Assembly (NCBI GenBank): GCA_963783375.1
Contig: CAWANH010000029.1
Coordinates: forward strand, 1,152,001-1,216,000
Origin: Candidatus Eiseniibacteriota bacterium
Lineage (GTDB): Bacteria > Eisenbacteria > RBG-16-71-46 > JABDJR01
Length of the DNA stretch: 64,000 nt
Reading direction: 5' to 3'
Positions 45,548 to 55,499 of the stretch are shown here, piece by piece. A model generated the notes under the pieces. It ran no database searches. It saw only the letters and a list, made by a program, of their open reading frames with translations, and was not told the DNA's origin. How positions within the stretch are numbered: the stretch's first letter is position 1; each line of letters opens with the position of its first letter. The translations under genes were made by a program, and so were the position numbers.

Positions 45548-45685
45548 TGTTTTCGGATCATCCTTTCCCAGCTCCTTCAAGGGGCGTTCCCCCGGAGCGG
45601 GTCGCACGGGCTGGCCGGCGCCGCCCGCAGACGTCCCACCCTCCGGAGCTTCAACAGATAGGCGGTTGGCCGTGGATAGATGACA

Positions 45686-45714
45686 AGATTACTCGCTTTT
45701 CCGCCTACTGGCAA
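45686..45714 (-). promoter_or_regulatory. Putative sigma70 promoter of the suf operon
   Basis: TTGCCA-17 bp-TAATCT on minus strand, ~140 bp upstream of sufB. Confidence 0.55.
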
Positions 45715-46121
45715 GCCACTGGGGCCAAACGCTCTATCCTCTTGCAATACCGCCAAGAAGCCCAATCGCATCCCTGCCCGGGCTCGGGCCCCTTTGCGGT
45801 TTATCATACGACAAAAACTATAGTGTTTCACAGCCCGCTCCGCCTCTGGCTCCGAATCGCCGGAGTGTTGAACCCATTCTGAGGAAAGACGCAAGCCGAT
45901 GGGATGAGGTTACGCCCCCCTTCCGACCGGCAACAGAGCGGATAACCCGTATTCAAATTAGACAACCTTGTCCTTAATCCAGATCGCGGGCTGTCGAGTC
46001 GCGGTTTCGGACGCCCGGTCGCCGGCGGGAGCGATTGTAGCCGCCGGGGCAGCGTCCGTCACCTCCGGCCCGACCCATTCACGACCCGCCGCGGCGGCGG
46101 GCATCCGACCGGCAGGTCGGC

Positions 46122-47018
46122 CTAGGCCGCGAGCCAGCGGGCCAGCGCGTCGAGCGCCCCCGTCCAGCCCTCGGCGAGGTCGGCCACCGCGTCCGGGCCG
46201 TCGAAGCCGAAGTGGCGGAGCTTGACCAGGGTCTCCCCCGGCGCGGCCGTCTCGAACTCCACGGTGACCGTGGTCCCGGGGGCGTGCCCGGGATTCTCCC
46301 AGGTAAAGGACAGCCGCCGGGGCGGAAGCACGGTGAGGAAACGCCCCGCGTCCCCGTCGGCGTTCCGGTAGCGCCCGCCCACCCACGGCTCCACCACCGG
46401 GTCCCGGGTGAACCAGCCCGAGAGCGCCTCGGCCGAGGTCCAGGCCGCGAACACCCGCTCGGGGGCCCCGGTCACCCGGCGGGACAGGGTCAAGCCGGCC
46501 CCCGGTTCCCCGCCCGGCCGCTCGGCGGCGTACACCGTGGCTCCCTCGATGCCGAAATAACCGCCCACTCCCTGGTAGGCCATCCCGGTCTTCTCCAGCA
46601 CCCGCCGGGAGGCCAGGTTGGCCGGATAGGTGATCCCGATCACCCGGGTGAGCCCGAGGGCGTCGAAGCCGTGGTCGAGAAGCGCCCGCGCCGCCTCGGT
46701 GGCGTAGCCCTTCCCCCACGCCGCGCGGGCGAACTGGTAGGCCACCTCGATCTCGGGTCCCTCCTCCACCACCGCCAGCGCCCCCCCGCCGATCACTTCG
46801 CCGGTTTCCCGGAGGGTGATCGCCCAGCTCCCCAGCCGGTCCGTTTCGTAGCGGCCGATCCGCCGGGCCACGAACTCGCGCATGGCCTCGAGGTTCGGGA
46901 CCGGGCGCCCGTCTCCCACGTAGCGCATGACCTCCGGATCGGAGCACATGGCGAAGGCGGCCGGAACGTCGTCCAGTCTCCAGCGGCGGATCTCGAGCCG
47001 GGGGGTGGTCAGGCGCAT
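46122..47018 (-). CDS. RimJ/RimL-type GNAT acetyltransferase fused to an SRPBCC/AHSA1 domain
   Basis: WGKGYATEAA, NLASRRVLEKTGM; PERVFAAWT...LSFTW...GWTGALDAL. Confidence 0.8.
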   Translation of the reverse strand: MRLTTPRLEIRRWRLDDVPAAFAMCSDPEVMRYVGDGRPVPNLEAMREFVARRIGRYETDRLGSWAITLRETGEVIGGGALAVVEEGPEIEVAYQFARAAWGKGYATEAARALLDHGFDALGLTRVIGITYPANLASRRVLEKTGMAYQGVGGYFGIEGATVYAAERPGGEPGAGLTLSRRVTGAPERVFAAWTSAEALSGWFTRDPVVEPWVGGRYRNADGDAGRFLTVLPPRRLSFTWENPGHAPGTTVTVEFETAAPGETLVKLRHFGFDGPDAVADLAEGWTGALDALARWLAA

Positions 47019-47079
47019 GGGAACCTCCACGGTCGGCGGACCCTCCGCCCGGAAACGAGGCCCGGCCGGGGCCGGCGGT

Positions 47080-48219
47080 TCAACGGACGGAGGGGGGCGG
47101 CTCGATGATACCTCCCCCGAGCACGACCTCCCCGCGGTAGAAGACCGCGGACTGCCCCGGAGCCACCGCCCGCTGGGGTTCGCGGAAACGGACCCGCATC
47201 CGGCCGGGGCCGGCCGGCGTCACGGTGGCCGGAACCGGGCGCGTCCGGTAACGCACCTTCACCTCGGCTTCCAGAACGCCCGAGGGCGGCTCGCAGGAGA
47301 CCCAGTTCACCTCGCGCACCTCCATGGCGTCGATATGGAGATCGCGTTCGCTTCCCACCACCACGCGGTTCCGGGCCGCATCCACGCGCACCACGTAGAG
47401 GGGATCCCCGGCGGCCACTCCGAGGCCCCGGCGCTGGCCCACCGTGTAGTGGATCGCTCCCCGGTGCTCCCCCAGCACCGCCCCCGCCAGATCCACGATC
47501 TCCCCCGGCCGGGCCTGGGGCGCGCCTTCGGCCCGCGCGCTCACGAAGTCCCCGTAGTGGCCGCCCTGGACGAAGCAGATGTCCTGGCTCTCGACCTTCT
47601 CCGCCACCCGGAGTCCCGCCCGACGGGCGGCGGCCCGGGCCTCGGCCTTGGTTCTCGCGCCCAGGGGGAAGCGGCTGGCCGCGAGGTCTTTCCGCGAAAG
47701 GCCCCAGAGGACGTAGGACTGGTCCTTGGTCCGGTCCGTCGCACGGGCCAGAACCGGTCCGTCCGTAGTCTGCTCGAGCCGTGCGTAGTGGCCGGTGGCC
47801 ACCGCGTCGAAGCCCAGCCGCCGCGCCCGGGTCAACAGATTCCCGAACTTCAGGTGGGTGTTGCAGCGCACGCAGGGGTTGGGGGTCTCCCCGGCCAGAT
47901 AGGACCGGACGAAGGGCGCCACCACCTCACGGTCGAAGTCCGACTCTTCGTCCAGCACGTAGTGGCGGATCCCCAGGGCGGCGGCGGAGGCGCGCGCGTC
48001 CTCGATGTCGCGGAGCGAGCAGCAGGAGCGGGGCGAGGCCTCGGCCCCGCCGTAGCACCAGAGCTTCAGGGTCGCCCCCACCACATCGTGCCCCGCCTCC
48101 ACCAGGAACGCGGCGGCGGCGGCGCTGTCCACCCCGCCGGACATGGCGACCAGGACCCGCTCCCGGCGCGGCCCGGTCGTCGCCGGCGTTTCGGCGGGGT
48201 TCGGAGGATCCTGGGTCAT
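47080..48219 (-). CDS. mnmA: tRNA-specific 2-thiouridylase
   Basis: AMSGGVDS, TPNPC, ATGHYA, KDQSY, ESQDICF, PGQSAVFY. Confidence 0.95.
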   Translation of the reverse strand: MTQDPPNPAETPATTGPRRERVLVAMSGGVDSAAAAAFLVEAGHDVVGATLKLWCYGGAEASPRSCCSLRDIEDARASAAALGIRHYVLDEESDFDREVVAPFVRSYLAGETPNPCVRCNTHLKFGNLLTRARRLGFDAVATGHYARLEQTTDGPVLARATDRTKDQSYVLWGLSRKDLAASRFPLGARTKAEARAAARRAGLRVAEKVESQDICFVQGGHYGDFVSARAEGAPQARPGEIVDLAGAVLGEHRGAIHYTVGQRRGLGVAAGDPLYVVRVDAARNRVVVGSERDLHIDAMEVREVNWVSCEPPSGVLEAEVKVRYRTRPVPATVTPAGPGRMRVRFREPQRAVAPGQSAVFYRGEVVLGGGIIEPPPSVR

Positions 48220-48269
48220 GAAAATCGCTTCCTCCGGCCGGGGTCGGGCGGCGGTCGTTCGGCCCGGGA

Positions 48270-48303
48270 GCTACGGGCTACGGGCTACGGGCTACGGGCT
48301 ACG
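48270..48303 (+). repeat. Heptamer tandem repeat (GCTACGG) x ~5
   Basis: Four perfect units plus GCTACG, overlapping the iscS stop codon. Confidence 0.9.
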
Positions 48304-49435
48304 AAGCCCGCGATCCTAGCAGGCGGGCCGCGGCCTCCACAAACCGCTCGATCTCGTCCCCGGTGTTCCCCGGTCCCAGGCTCACCCGCACCGCGGTCCG
48401 AGCCTCCCGCGGAGAGCGGCCCATGGCCAGGAGCACGTGGCTCGGCGCCTCGGACCCCGACTGGCAGGCCGATCCCGCCGAGACCGCGAACCCCTCCAGA
48501 TCGAAGGCGGGGACCAGATCCACCGGGGCGTCCTCGCCGAAGGTGAAGTGGGCGGTGTTGGGAAGGCGCTCGCTCTCCCCCGCAGTGAGCCGGGCTCCGG
48601 GGACGCGGCGAGCCATGTCGCGCTCCAGGCGGTTCCGAAGCTCCCTGAGGCGCGTCGCGCTCGACTCCCGGTCCCGGAGCGCCACCCGCGCCGCCGCACC
48701 GAACCCCACGATTCCGCCGACGTTCAGGGTCCCCCCGCGGAGGCCTCGTTCCTGCGAGCCGGGAACGACGGCCGCGAGCCGGAGCCCGGGGCGCTTCCAG
48801 AGCGCCCCCACTCCCATCGGTCCCCCCAGCTTGTGCGCGGCCACCGAGACCAGGTCGGCCCCCCACGCCTCCGCCGCCACCTCGATCTTGCCCGCGCTCT
48901 GAATCGCGTCGACATGGTAGAGCACGTCCCGGTCCCGGCAGAGCGACGCTATGGCCGCCGCCGGCTGGACCACCCCGGTCTCGTTGTTGGCGTGAAGCAC
49001 GGAGACCAGCACGGTGTCGGGGCGCAGAGACCCCGCCACCGCCTCCGGGGAGATCGCCCCCGAAACGGGATCCGGCATCACCCGCGTGACCTCCCACCCG
49101 GCTGCTTCCAGCAGCGCCGCCGCATCCAGGCCGGCGCGGTGTTCGATGGCCGAGACCACCAGGTGCCGCCCCCGGTCGGCGTGGGCCCGCGCCGAGCCGG
49201 CCAGAGCGGTGAACACCGCTTCGGTGCCCGAGCCGGTGAACACCAGATCCCCGTCCGGCCCCCCCACCAGCTCCCGCACCTCACCCCGGGCCCGATCCAC
49301 CGCCGCCCCCGCGGCCTGGCCGAAGGAGTGAACGCTGGAGGGGTTCCCGAACACCTCGCCGGCGAGCCGCGCCATGATCTCCCGGACCTCGGCCCTCACC
49401 GGGCTGGTGGCGTTGTGATCGAAATAGACCGGCAT
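48299..49435 (-). CDS. iscS: Class I cysteine desulfurase (IscS/NifS family)
   Basis: YFDHNATS, GNPSS, ANNETG, AHKLGGP, SAGSAC. Confidence 0.88.
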   Translation of the reverse strand: MPVYFDHNATSPVRAEVREIMARLAGEVFGNPSSVHSFGQAAGAAVDRARGEVRELVGGPDGDLVFTGSGTEAVFTALAGSARAHADRGRHLVVSAIEHRAGLDAAALLEAAGWEVTRVMPDPVSGAISPEAVAGSLRPDTVLVSVLHANNETGVVQPAAAIASLCRDRDVLYHVDAIQSAGKIEVAAEAWGADLVSVAAHKLGGPMGVGALWKRPGLRLAAVVPGSQERGLRGGTLNVGGIVGFGAAARVALRDRESSATRLRELRNRLERDMARRVPGARLTAGESERLPNTAHFTFGEDAPVDLVPAFDLEGFAVSAGSACQSGSEAPSHVLLAMGRSPREARTAVRVSLGPGNTGDEIERFVEAAARLLGSRAS

Positions 49436-49568
49436 CGAACGGATCCTCGCGGCGCGGGACGTCGGAACCGCACAGAAAGCCCGTACAAACAGAAGGGCCG
49501 TTCCCGGAGGAACGGCCCGATCCCGTATCGGGCCGGTCACCCGGCCCGGGAGGCGGAGCTGACCGGAA

Positions 49569-50261
49569 TCAGGGTTTCGTCACTTTGGCCTGGGTGATGA
49601 CCACCTTCCGGAGGGCCCGGTTGCTGTTCTCGTGACCCGCGTTCTTCACCCGGGCGATCTTGTCCACGGTGTCCATCCCCTCCACCACCTGGCCGAACAC
49701 GCTGTAGCCGTTCTGGTCCAGGCTGGGGAGGTCGGCCAGGCAGATGTAGAACTGGTTCCCGTTGGATTTCTTCTCCGGGTTCAGCGCGTCGGCCAGACGC
49801 GCCGCCGCCACCGCGCCGCGAACGTGCCTTCGCCCGATCTCCGCCGGGATGGCGTTGGCGGCTCCGCCCGTACCCACCTTGGGGCTCCTCCAATCGCTCT
49901 TGGAGATCGGGTCGCCGCCCTGGATGATGAACCCGGGGACGATTCGATGGAATGTGGTCCCGTCGTAGGCGCCCCCGCGCACCAGCTTGAGAAAGTTCTC
50001 GACGTGCTTGGGGGCGTCCTTGGGGTAGAGCTCGATCACGATGTTGCCCAGTGCGGTCGACGTCCCCGTTTCGTCCTCCACCGACACGGTCAGGGTCACA
50101 CGGTCCGGGGAGGCGGCTCCGTCGGGGGAGCCGGGTTCCTGGGCCACGGTGGTGTCTTCCGCCGCCGGCTGGTCGTCCTGGGCGGCCACGGACAGGGGGA
50201 GAGTTCCGGCCAGGAAGAGGACCCCCATGAGGAGGACCGACCTCTTTGCCGCTCGATGCAT
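49569..50261 (-). CDS. Exported cyclophilin-type peptidyl-prolyl isomerase
   Basis: Signal peptide; FHRIVPGFIIQGGDP, QFYI, YSVFGQV; GGAG RBS. Confidence 0.9.
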   Translation of the reverse strand: MHRAAKRSVLLMGVLFLAGTLPLSVAAQDDQPAAEDTTVAQEPGSPDGAASPDRVTLTVSVEDETGTSTALGNIVIELYPKDAPKHVENFLKLVRGGAYDGTTFHRIVPGFIIQGGDPISKSDWRSPKVGTGGAANAIPAEIGRRHVRGAVAAARLADALNPEKKSNGNQFYICLADLPSLDQNGYSVFGQVVEGMDTVDKIARVKNAGHENSNRALRKVVITQAKVTKP

Positions 50262-50296
50262 ACGTACTCCTTCCGGCAACCCGGCCCCCTTTGCCA

Positions 50297-51571
50297 CTAG
50301 TCGCCCTGCTGCTCTTTCGCCTTCATCTGCTTGGCCCGCTCGATGAGCTGGTCCAGTCGCATGATCTCCTTGCGGCCGTAGTCCCCGAAATCCTTGTCGC
50401 TCAGGACGCTCTGGAACTTGATCTTGGCCTCGCCGTAAGTGGAGATGGATCGGTCGTAGTCGCGATTGCGAAGCTGGTCGTCCGCCCGAAGCTCCAGCCC
50501 CTTCCCCCACACCGCGTAGAGGCACCCCTGCACCGGAGCGTTCTCCGCGATCCCTCTCATGGCGGTGGAAACGGCCTTCTCCCCGTTCTTGCAGTCGAGG
50601 GCGTAGAGGAAGCCGAGGTTGCAGTAGAGCGACTTCTTGTCGGGACCGCTCTGGATGAGCAGCTCGTACTGCTGGGCTGCGTCGTCGCACCGGTCCAGTT
50701 TCTGGAGCACCTTGGCGTAGATGGCGCGGTCGTTCACCCGGGTGCTGTCGATGTCGAGGAGCCGCTTGTAGGCCGGAGCGGCGTCCTTCCAGTCCTCGGC
50801 CTTGTAGTACAGGTAGGCGAGCTTGCTGGCCACGTCCAGGTTCTTGGGATCCTGCTCCATCATCTTCTCGTAGACCCCGGCCGCCTTGTCGGGCTGGTTG
50901 GCCGAGAAGTAGATCTCTCCCAGGGTGTTGAGGGCGCCGAGATCGTCCGGGCAGAGTTCGGTCACCTTGGTGTAGGCGTCGACCGCCGCGGTCATGTGCT
51001 TCTGGGCATCCGGAGACGCAGCGGCGGCGGCGGTGCCTTTCGCCCGATCGGCCAGGAGCTTCTCCGCGCTGCCGATCTGGGACCAGATGGCGCAGTCCTT
51101 GGGGGTGATGGTGAGGATCTGCTGGTAGGTGGCGATGGCGTCGTCCAGGTCCCCGATCGCCGCCTGGACGTAGGCGATGTTCTTCCGGACGTCCACGTCA
51201 TCGGCCGGGAGCAGATCCTTGAGGTCCTGGTAGGTGTCCAGGGCGTCCTGGTAGTAGTCCGCATCGGACTTCGCCATCTCGGTGTAGGCCAGGGCCAGGC
51301 GGCGGAAGGCGTCCACATACTTGGGATTCTCGTCGATGGCCAGCTGGAACTGCTCCACCGCATCCAGATACTTGAGGTTGTTCATGAGTTCCACGCCGTG
51401 GCGGTAATAGCCTTGAGCCTTGCTCACCTCGCCCTTTCCGGCGTCGCCCTGGCTCGCGTCCTGAGCCAGGAGAACCGGGGTTGCGGCGGGAGAGGCGGCC
51501 CTCCCCGGTGACGGCACGACCAAGGCGCATACCACACTCAAGAGCACGAGCGCCTGAGCCGATCGGTTCAT
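50297..51571 (-). CDS. Exported tetratricopeptide-repeat protein
   Basis: Signal peptide; multiple TPR-like helical units ending in D/N/T-P. Confidence 0.75.
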   Translation of the reverse strand: MNRSAQALVLLSVVCALVVPSPGRAASPAATPVLLAQDASQGDAGKGEVSKAQGYYRHGVELMNNLKYLDAVEQFQLAIDENPKYVDAFRRLALAYTEMAKSDADYYQDALDTYQDLKDLLPADDVDVRKNIAYVQAAIGDLDDAIATYQQILTITPKDCAIWSQIGSAEKLLADRAKGTAAAAASPDAQKHMTAAVDAYTKVTELCPDDLGALNTLGEIYFSANQPDKAAGVYEKMMEQDPKNLDVASKLAYLYYKAEDWKDAAPAYKRLLDIDSTRVNDRAIYAKVLQKLDRCDDAAQQYELLIQSGPDKKSLYCNLGFLYALDCKNGEKAVSTAMRGIAENAPVQGCLYAVWGKGLELRADDQLRNRDYDRSISTYGEAKIKFQSVLSDKDFGDYGRKEIMRLDQLIERAKQMKAKEQQGD

Positions 51572-51648
51572 GATTCGCTCCTTTCCCAAGCCATTGGGAT
51601 CCTCGCCAGCGGCACACCGCCTCGTCGGGGCGGCGCCGGAGAACGTCT

Positions 51649-52365
51649 CTACTTGCCCGACTTGCCGGTAGGGATGGAGGGGACCGGCGACTTGGTGAAT
51701 CGCTCCAGGATCTTGATGTTTTCCTTGGCGTTTTCCGCCGCGTCGGTCCCGGGAGCCACCTCCACCACCTTCTGCCACCAGTTGACCGCCTCCCGGAAGA
51801 GACCGGCGTCGGCGAAAGCCACGCCGAAGTTGTACAGCGCCGAATAGCACTTCGGGTCCTTGTCGATGGCCCGTTGGTATTCAAAGATCGCGTCCGGATA
51901 TTTTTCCTGCGCGTAATAGGCGTTTCCAAGGTTGCTGCGCGCCATGCAATCGTCGGGGTTCAGGGACAGCGCCTGCTGGAACGACTTGATGGCGTTGTCC
52001 TGGTCGCCCAGGTCCCCCTGCACGATGCCCAGGTTGACCAGCGCCTCGACGTACTTGGGGTTCAGGTCCACCGCCTTCTGGTAGGCGGCCAACGCCTTGT
52101 TGGACAGACCGCCGTCGTAGTAGGCGTTCCCCAACTGGTACTGAAGACGATAGTTGTCGGGGGAGGCCGCGACCTGGGTCTCCAGGCGGGAAATCTTGGC
52201 CTGGACCTCGTTCCCGGCCACCGTCCCCTTCTTGACGTTCCCGCCCAGAAGGCCGTCGGACTGGGCCTGGGCGGAAACCGGGCTCAAAGCCAGGATCGGC
52301 GCCAGCGCCAGAGCGGCGAGCGCGAGGAGGGAGCGTCCAGGATCCAGTTTCATCCCGAGCATCAT
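51649..52365 (-). CDS. Exported tetratricopeptide-repeat protein
   Basis: Signal peptide; LGNAYY...YQKAVDLNP TPR consensus. Confidence 0.85.
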   Translation of the reverse strand: MMLGMKLDPGRSLLALAALALAPILALSPVSAQAQSDGLLGGNVKKGTVAGNEVQAKISRLETQVAASPDNYRLQYQLGNAYYDGGLSNKALAAYQKAVDLNPKYVEALVNLGIVQGDLGDQDNAIKSFQQALSLNPDDCMARSNLGNAYYAQEKYPDAIFEYQRAIDKDPKCYSALYNFGVAFADAGLFREAVNWWQKVVEVAPGTDAAENAKENIKILERFTKSPVPSIPTGKSGK

Positions 52366-52445
52366 CGTGATTCCTGTTCTGCTTCGTGACAGCGACGCGA
52401 TGGGCCGATGGAGGCGAAAAACCGCCGAAAGAAGTGCAGCCGGCA

Positions 52446-52474
52446 ATTTTAGGGATCGGCAGGGGGGGTGTCAA
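52446..52474 (-). promoter_or_regulatory. Near-consensus sigma70 promoter for TPR-TPR-PPIase genes
   Basis: TTGACA-17 bp-TAAAAT on minus strand. Confidence 0.7.
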
Positions 52475-52652
52475 CCGAAGCCCCCGCCCCTCCCCGCGCC
52501 CAACCTCAAGCGGTCCAGTTTGTTATGGTCCGCTTCCATCGCTCTCCAATACCCGGCTCCGGCGGGGGCTATTCCAGAGACCGGGGCGGGCCTGGAGGGC
52601 CGGGGAGAGGGTCCCCGGGCATCCCCCGGGAGATCGGAACCGGGCCCGGAGA

Positions 52653-55208
52653 TCAGAACCAGGTGATCAGGGTGATCTCGTTGGGCACCAGAGCGTCGGG
52701 ATGGGCGGGACGCACCCGGACCGCGTACCCGTAGAGGCCGCTTTGCCGGCAGGGAAGGAGCCCCTCGTACCACCAGGCCCCGTCCTCCTGCTTCTTGGGC
52801 TCCAGGGGGGTCGCCGAGCCCTCGTTCACCTGGCGGTCCACCCCGGCGATCCCGTGGTAGAGCTCCACGCTCACCTGATCCGGCTTGATCGGCCCCAGAC
52901 GCACCTTGACCCGCACCGGGACCCGCACCCCGACGTGGAGGTGGTTCCCACCTCCTTGCTCCACCTCCTCCACCTTCACTTCCTTCCAGTTCTCGTGGAT
53001 GAACCGGTCCCAGGTCACCAGGTCCCGGACCCGCCCGAGGTCCCCGTTCAGGAAGGTGCGGCTCCGGCGGGCGGCGGGGATGTAGAACCGCTCGGCGTAC
53101 TCCCCCACCATGCGGTTGGTGTTGAAGACGGGGGCCAGGGTCTTCATCGAAGCCTTCATCTTGCCGGTCCAGCCCGCGGGCAGCCCGGCCTCGTCGCGCT
53201 GGTAGTAGAGCGGCACCACCTCGCGCTCCAGGATCTCGTAGAGGGCGTTCGCCTCGACCTCGTCCTGGTACTCGGGGTCCTCGTACTGCTCGCCGTGGCC
53301 GATGCTCCAGCCCACGTCGCTGGTGAACCCTTCCGCCCACCAGCCGTCCATGACCGAGAGGTTCAGGATCCCGTTGGCCGCGCCCTTCATGCCGCTGGTC
53401 CCGCTGGCTTCCAGGGGCCGGCGGGGCGTGTTCAGCCACACGTCCACCCCCTGCACCATGTACCGGGCCACGCTCATGTCGTAGTTTTCGAGGAAGGCGA
53501 CCGATCCTCGCACCTCGGGATCCCGCGCGAAGTGGGCGAGCTGCTTGATCAGCTCCTTCCCCGCCGAGTCGGCGGGATGAGCCTTGCCGGCGAAGATGAA
53601 CTGCACCGGTCGTTCCGGGTTCGTGATGATGCGCTTGAGCCGGGCACGGTCGCGCAACAGCAGGGTGGCCCGCTTGTAGGCGGCGAAGCGCCGGGCGAAA
53701 CCGATGGTCAGGCGGTTCGGGGAGAAGATCCGCCGCGCCTCCTCCTCGGCCATGGTGGGGCCCCCGCGGTTCCGGATCTGGGTGGCCACGTGCTCCCGGG
53801 CGAAGTTGACCAGGCGCTCCTTGGAGGCCATGTGGGTCCGCCAGAGCTCCTCGTCGGGGATCTGGTCCAGCCGTTGCCACTCCGCGGTGTCGGCCGGGTT
53901 GTCCGACCAGCCGGGGCCGAGATAGCGGTTCAGGAGTCTCCGCATCTCCACCGAGATCCAGGTGCGGGTGTGGATGCCGTTGGTGATGTGCTCCACCGGC
54001 ACCTCGCTCTCCGGGTACCCCTGCCACTCCGATTCCCACATGTGCCGGGAGACCTTGCCGTGGAGGCGGCTCACCGCGTTCCGGTAGCTGGCGTTCCGCA
54101 TGGCGAAGAGCGCCATGTTGAAGGGCTGGGTGGAATCGTCGGCCTTTTCCTGGCCCAACCGCATCAGGTCGTCGAAGCCGATACCCAGCTCCTCCGCGAA
54201 CACCGTGAAGTATTTCCGCATGAGGCTGGGGTCGAAGATGTCGAAGCCGGCGGGGACCGGGGTATGGGTGGTGAAGATCGAGGACGCGGAGACCACCCGC
54301 CGGGCGGTCTCGAACTTCAGGTCCCGTCCGGTCATGATCTGGCGGATGCGCTCGATGGCCAGGAACGCGGCGTGCCCCTCGTTGATGTGGCACACGTCGG
54401 GCTGGATCCCCAGGAGCCGGAGCGCCCGCACCCCGCCGATCCCCAGCACGATCTCGTGCTGGATGCGGGTCTCCCGGTCCCCACCGTAGAGCTGGTGAGT
54501 GATCCGCTGGTCCTCGAGGCTGTTCTCGGCCAGGTTGGAATCCAGGAGGTAGAGCGGCACCCGCCCCACCTGGGCCCGCCAGATCTGGAGCAGCACCTCG
54601 CGCCCCGGGAACGGGAGCGACACCTTGAGGCGGTGCCCCTCGGCATCCCGCATCAGCTCGAGCGGCATGTTGTAGAAATCGTTTTCGCGGTAGGCCTCCT
54701 GCTGCCAGCCGTCGGCGTTCAGGTACTGGTTCAGGTAGCCCACCTTGTAGGCCAGGCCCACCCCCACCATGGGGAGCCCCAGCTCGCTGGCCGACTTCAG
54801 ATGGTCCCCGGCCAGGACCCCGAGTCCCCCGGAGTAGAATGGCAGACACCCGGCGATCCCGAACTCCGCGCTGAAGTAGGCGATGGTGAAATCGTGGAGG
54901 TCCCGGTGATAACGCTGGAACCAGGCCGAGCGGGCCAGGAGCTCGGTGAGGTTCTCGTGGGCCCGATCCATGTGGGCGAGGAAGACCGGATCGTTGGCCG
55001 CCCACTCCAGGCGGTCCTGGGCGATGGACCCCAGCAGCCGGACGGGATTATGGCCGGTCGTCTCCCACAGGTTCCGGTCCAGGCGCACGAAGAGTTCGGC
55101 GGTCTCGGGATGCCAGACCCACCGCACGTTGAAGGCCAGGTCGCGGAGCGGGGTCAGGCGTTCGGGAAGGGCGGGCTGGACGTGGAGCAACTGGAACCTG
55201 GGCGTCAT
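52653..55208 (-). CDS. glgP: Alpha-glucan (glycogen) phosphorylase
   Basis: YSGGLGVLAGDHLK, NEGHA, FARRFAAYKR, EASGTSGMK. Confidence 0.95.
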   Translation of the reverse strand: MTPRFQLLHVQPALPERLTPLRDLAFNVRWVWHPETAELFVRLDRNLWETTGHNPVRLLGSIAQDRLEWAANDPVFLAHMDRAHENLTELLARSAWFQRYHRDLHDFTIAYFSAEFGIAGCLPFYSGGLGVLAGDHLKSASELGLPMVGVGLAYKVGYLNQYLNADGWQQEAYRENDFYNMPLELMRDAEGHRLKVSLPFPGREVLLQIWRAQVGRVPLYLLDSNLAENSLEDQRITHQLYGGDRETRIQHEIVLGIGGVRALRLLGIQPDVCHINEGHAAFLAIERIRQIMTGRDLKFETARRVVSASSIFTTHTPVPAGFDIFDPSLMRKYFTVFAEELGIGFDDLMRLGQEKADDSTQPFNMALFAMRNASYRNAVSRLHGKVSRHMWESEWQGYPESEVPVEHITNGIHTRTWISVEMRRLLNRYLGPGWSDNPADTAEWQRLDQIPDEELWRTHMASKERLVNFAREHVATQIRNRGGPTMAEEEARRIFSPNRLTIGFARRFAAYKRATLLLRDRARLKRIITNPERPVQFIFAGKAHPADSAGKELIKQLAHFARDPEVRGSVAFLENYDMSVARYMVQGVDVWLNTPRRPLEASGTSGMKGAANGILNLSVMDGWWAEGFTSDVGWSIGHGEQYEDPEYQDEVEANALYEILEREVVPLYYQRDEAGLPAGWTGKMKASMKTLAPVFNTNRMVGEYAERFYIPAARRSRTFLNGDLGRVRDLVTWDRFIHENWKEVKVEEVEQGGGNHLHVGVRVPVRVKVRLGPIKPDQVSVELYHGIAGVDRQVNEGSATPLEPKKQEDGAWWYEGLLPCRQSGLYGYAVRVRPAHPDALVPNEITLITWF

Positions 55209-55499
55209 GCGTCGTGGTTTCCTCCGGGAAGGGCGTCGTTCGGAACCGGCGCTCGGAGACCGGGCCCGGGTGCGCTCTGGATGCGCATCCGCCTAGTTTA
55301 GACCGGTCCAAACCGGCCGGGGAGCCCCCATCTCACCCGGGTTATCGGCCGGAGGCCACCGGTTTTCGCGGTAAAAGCTTTCACTGCCGAGGATTGCCGT
55401 CCGTTCACGCGGTGCCCGCATCCCCGGTGCCGAGGCCTCGGGGGGGCACAGACGGAGGCCGGTGGGACCGGACCGCCCCCGTGGTATCGTCGCCCGGTC

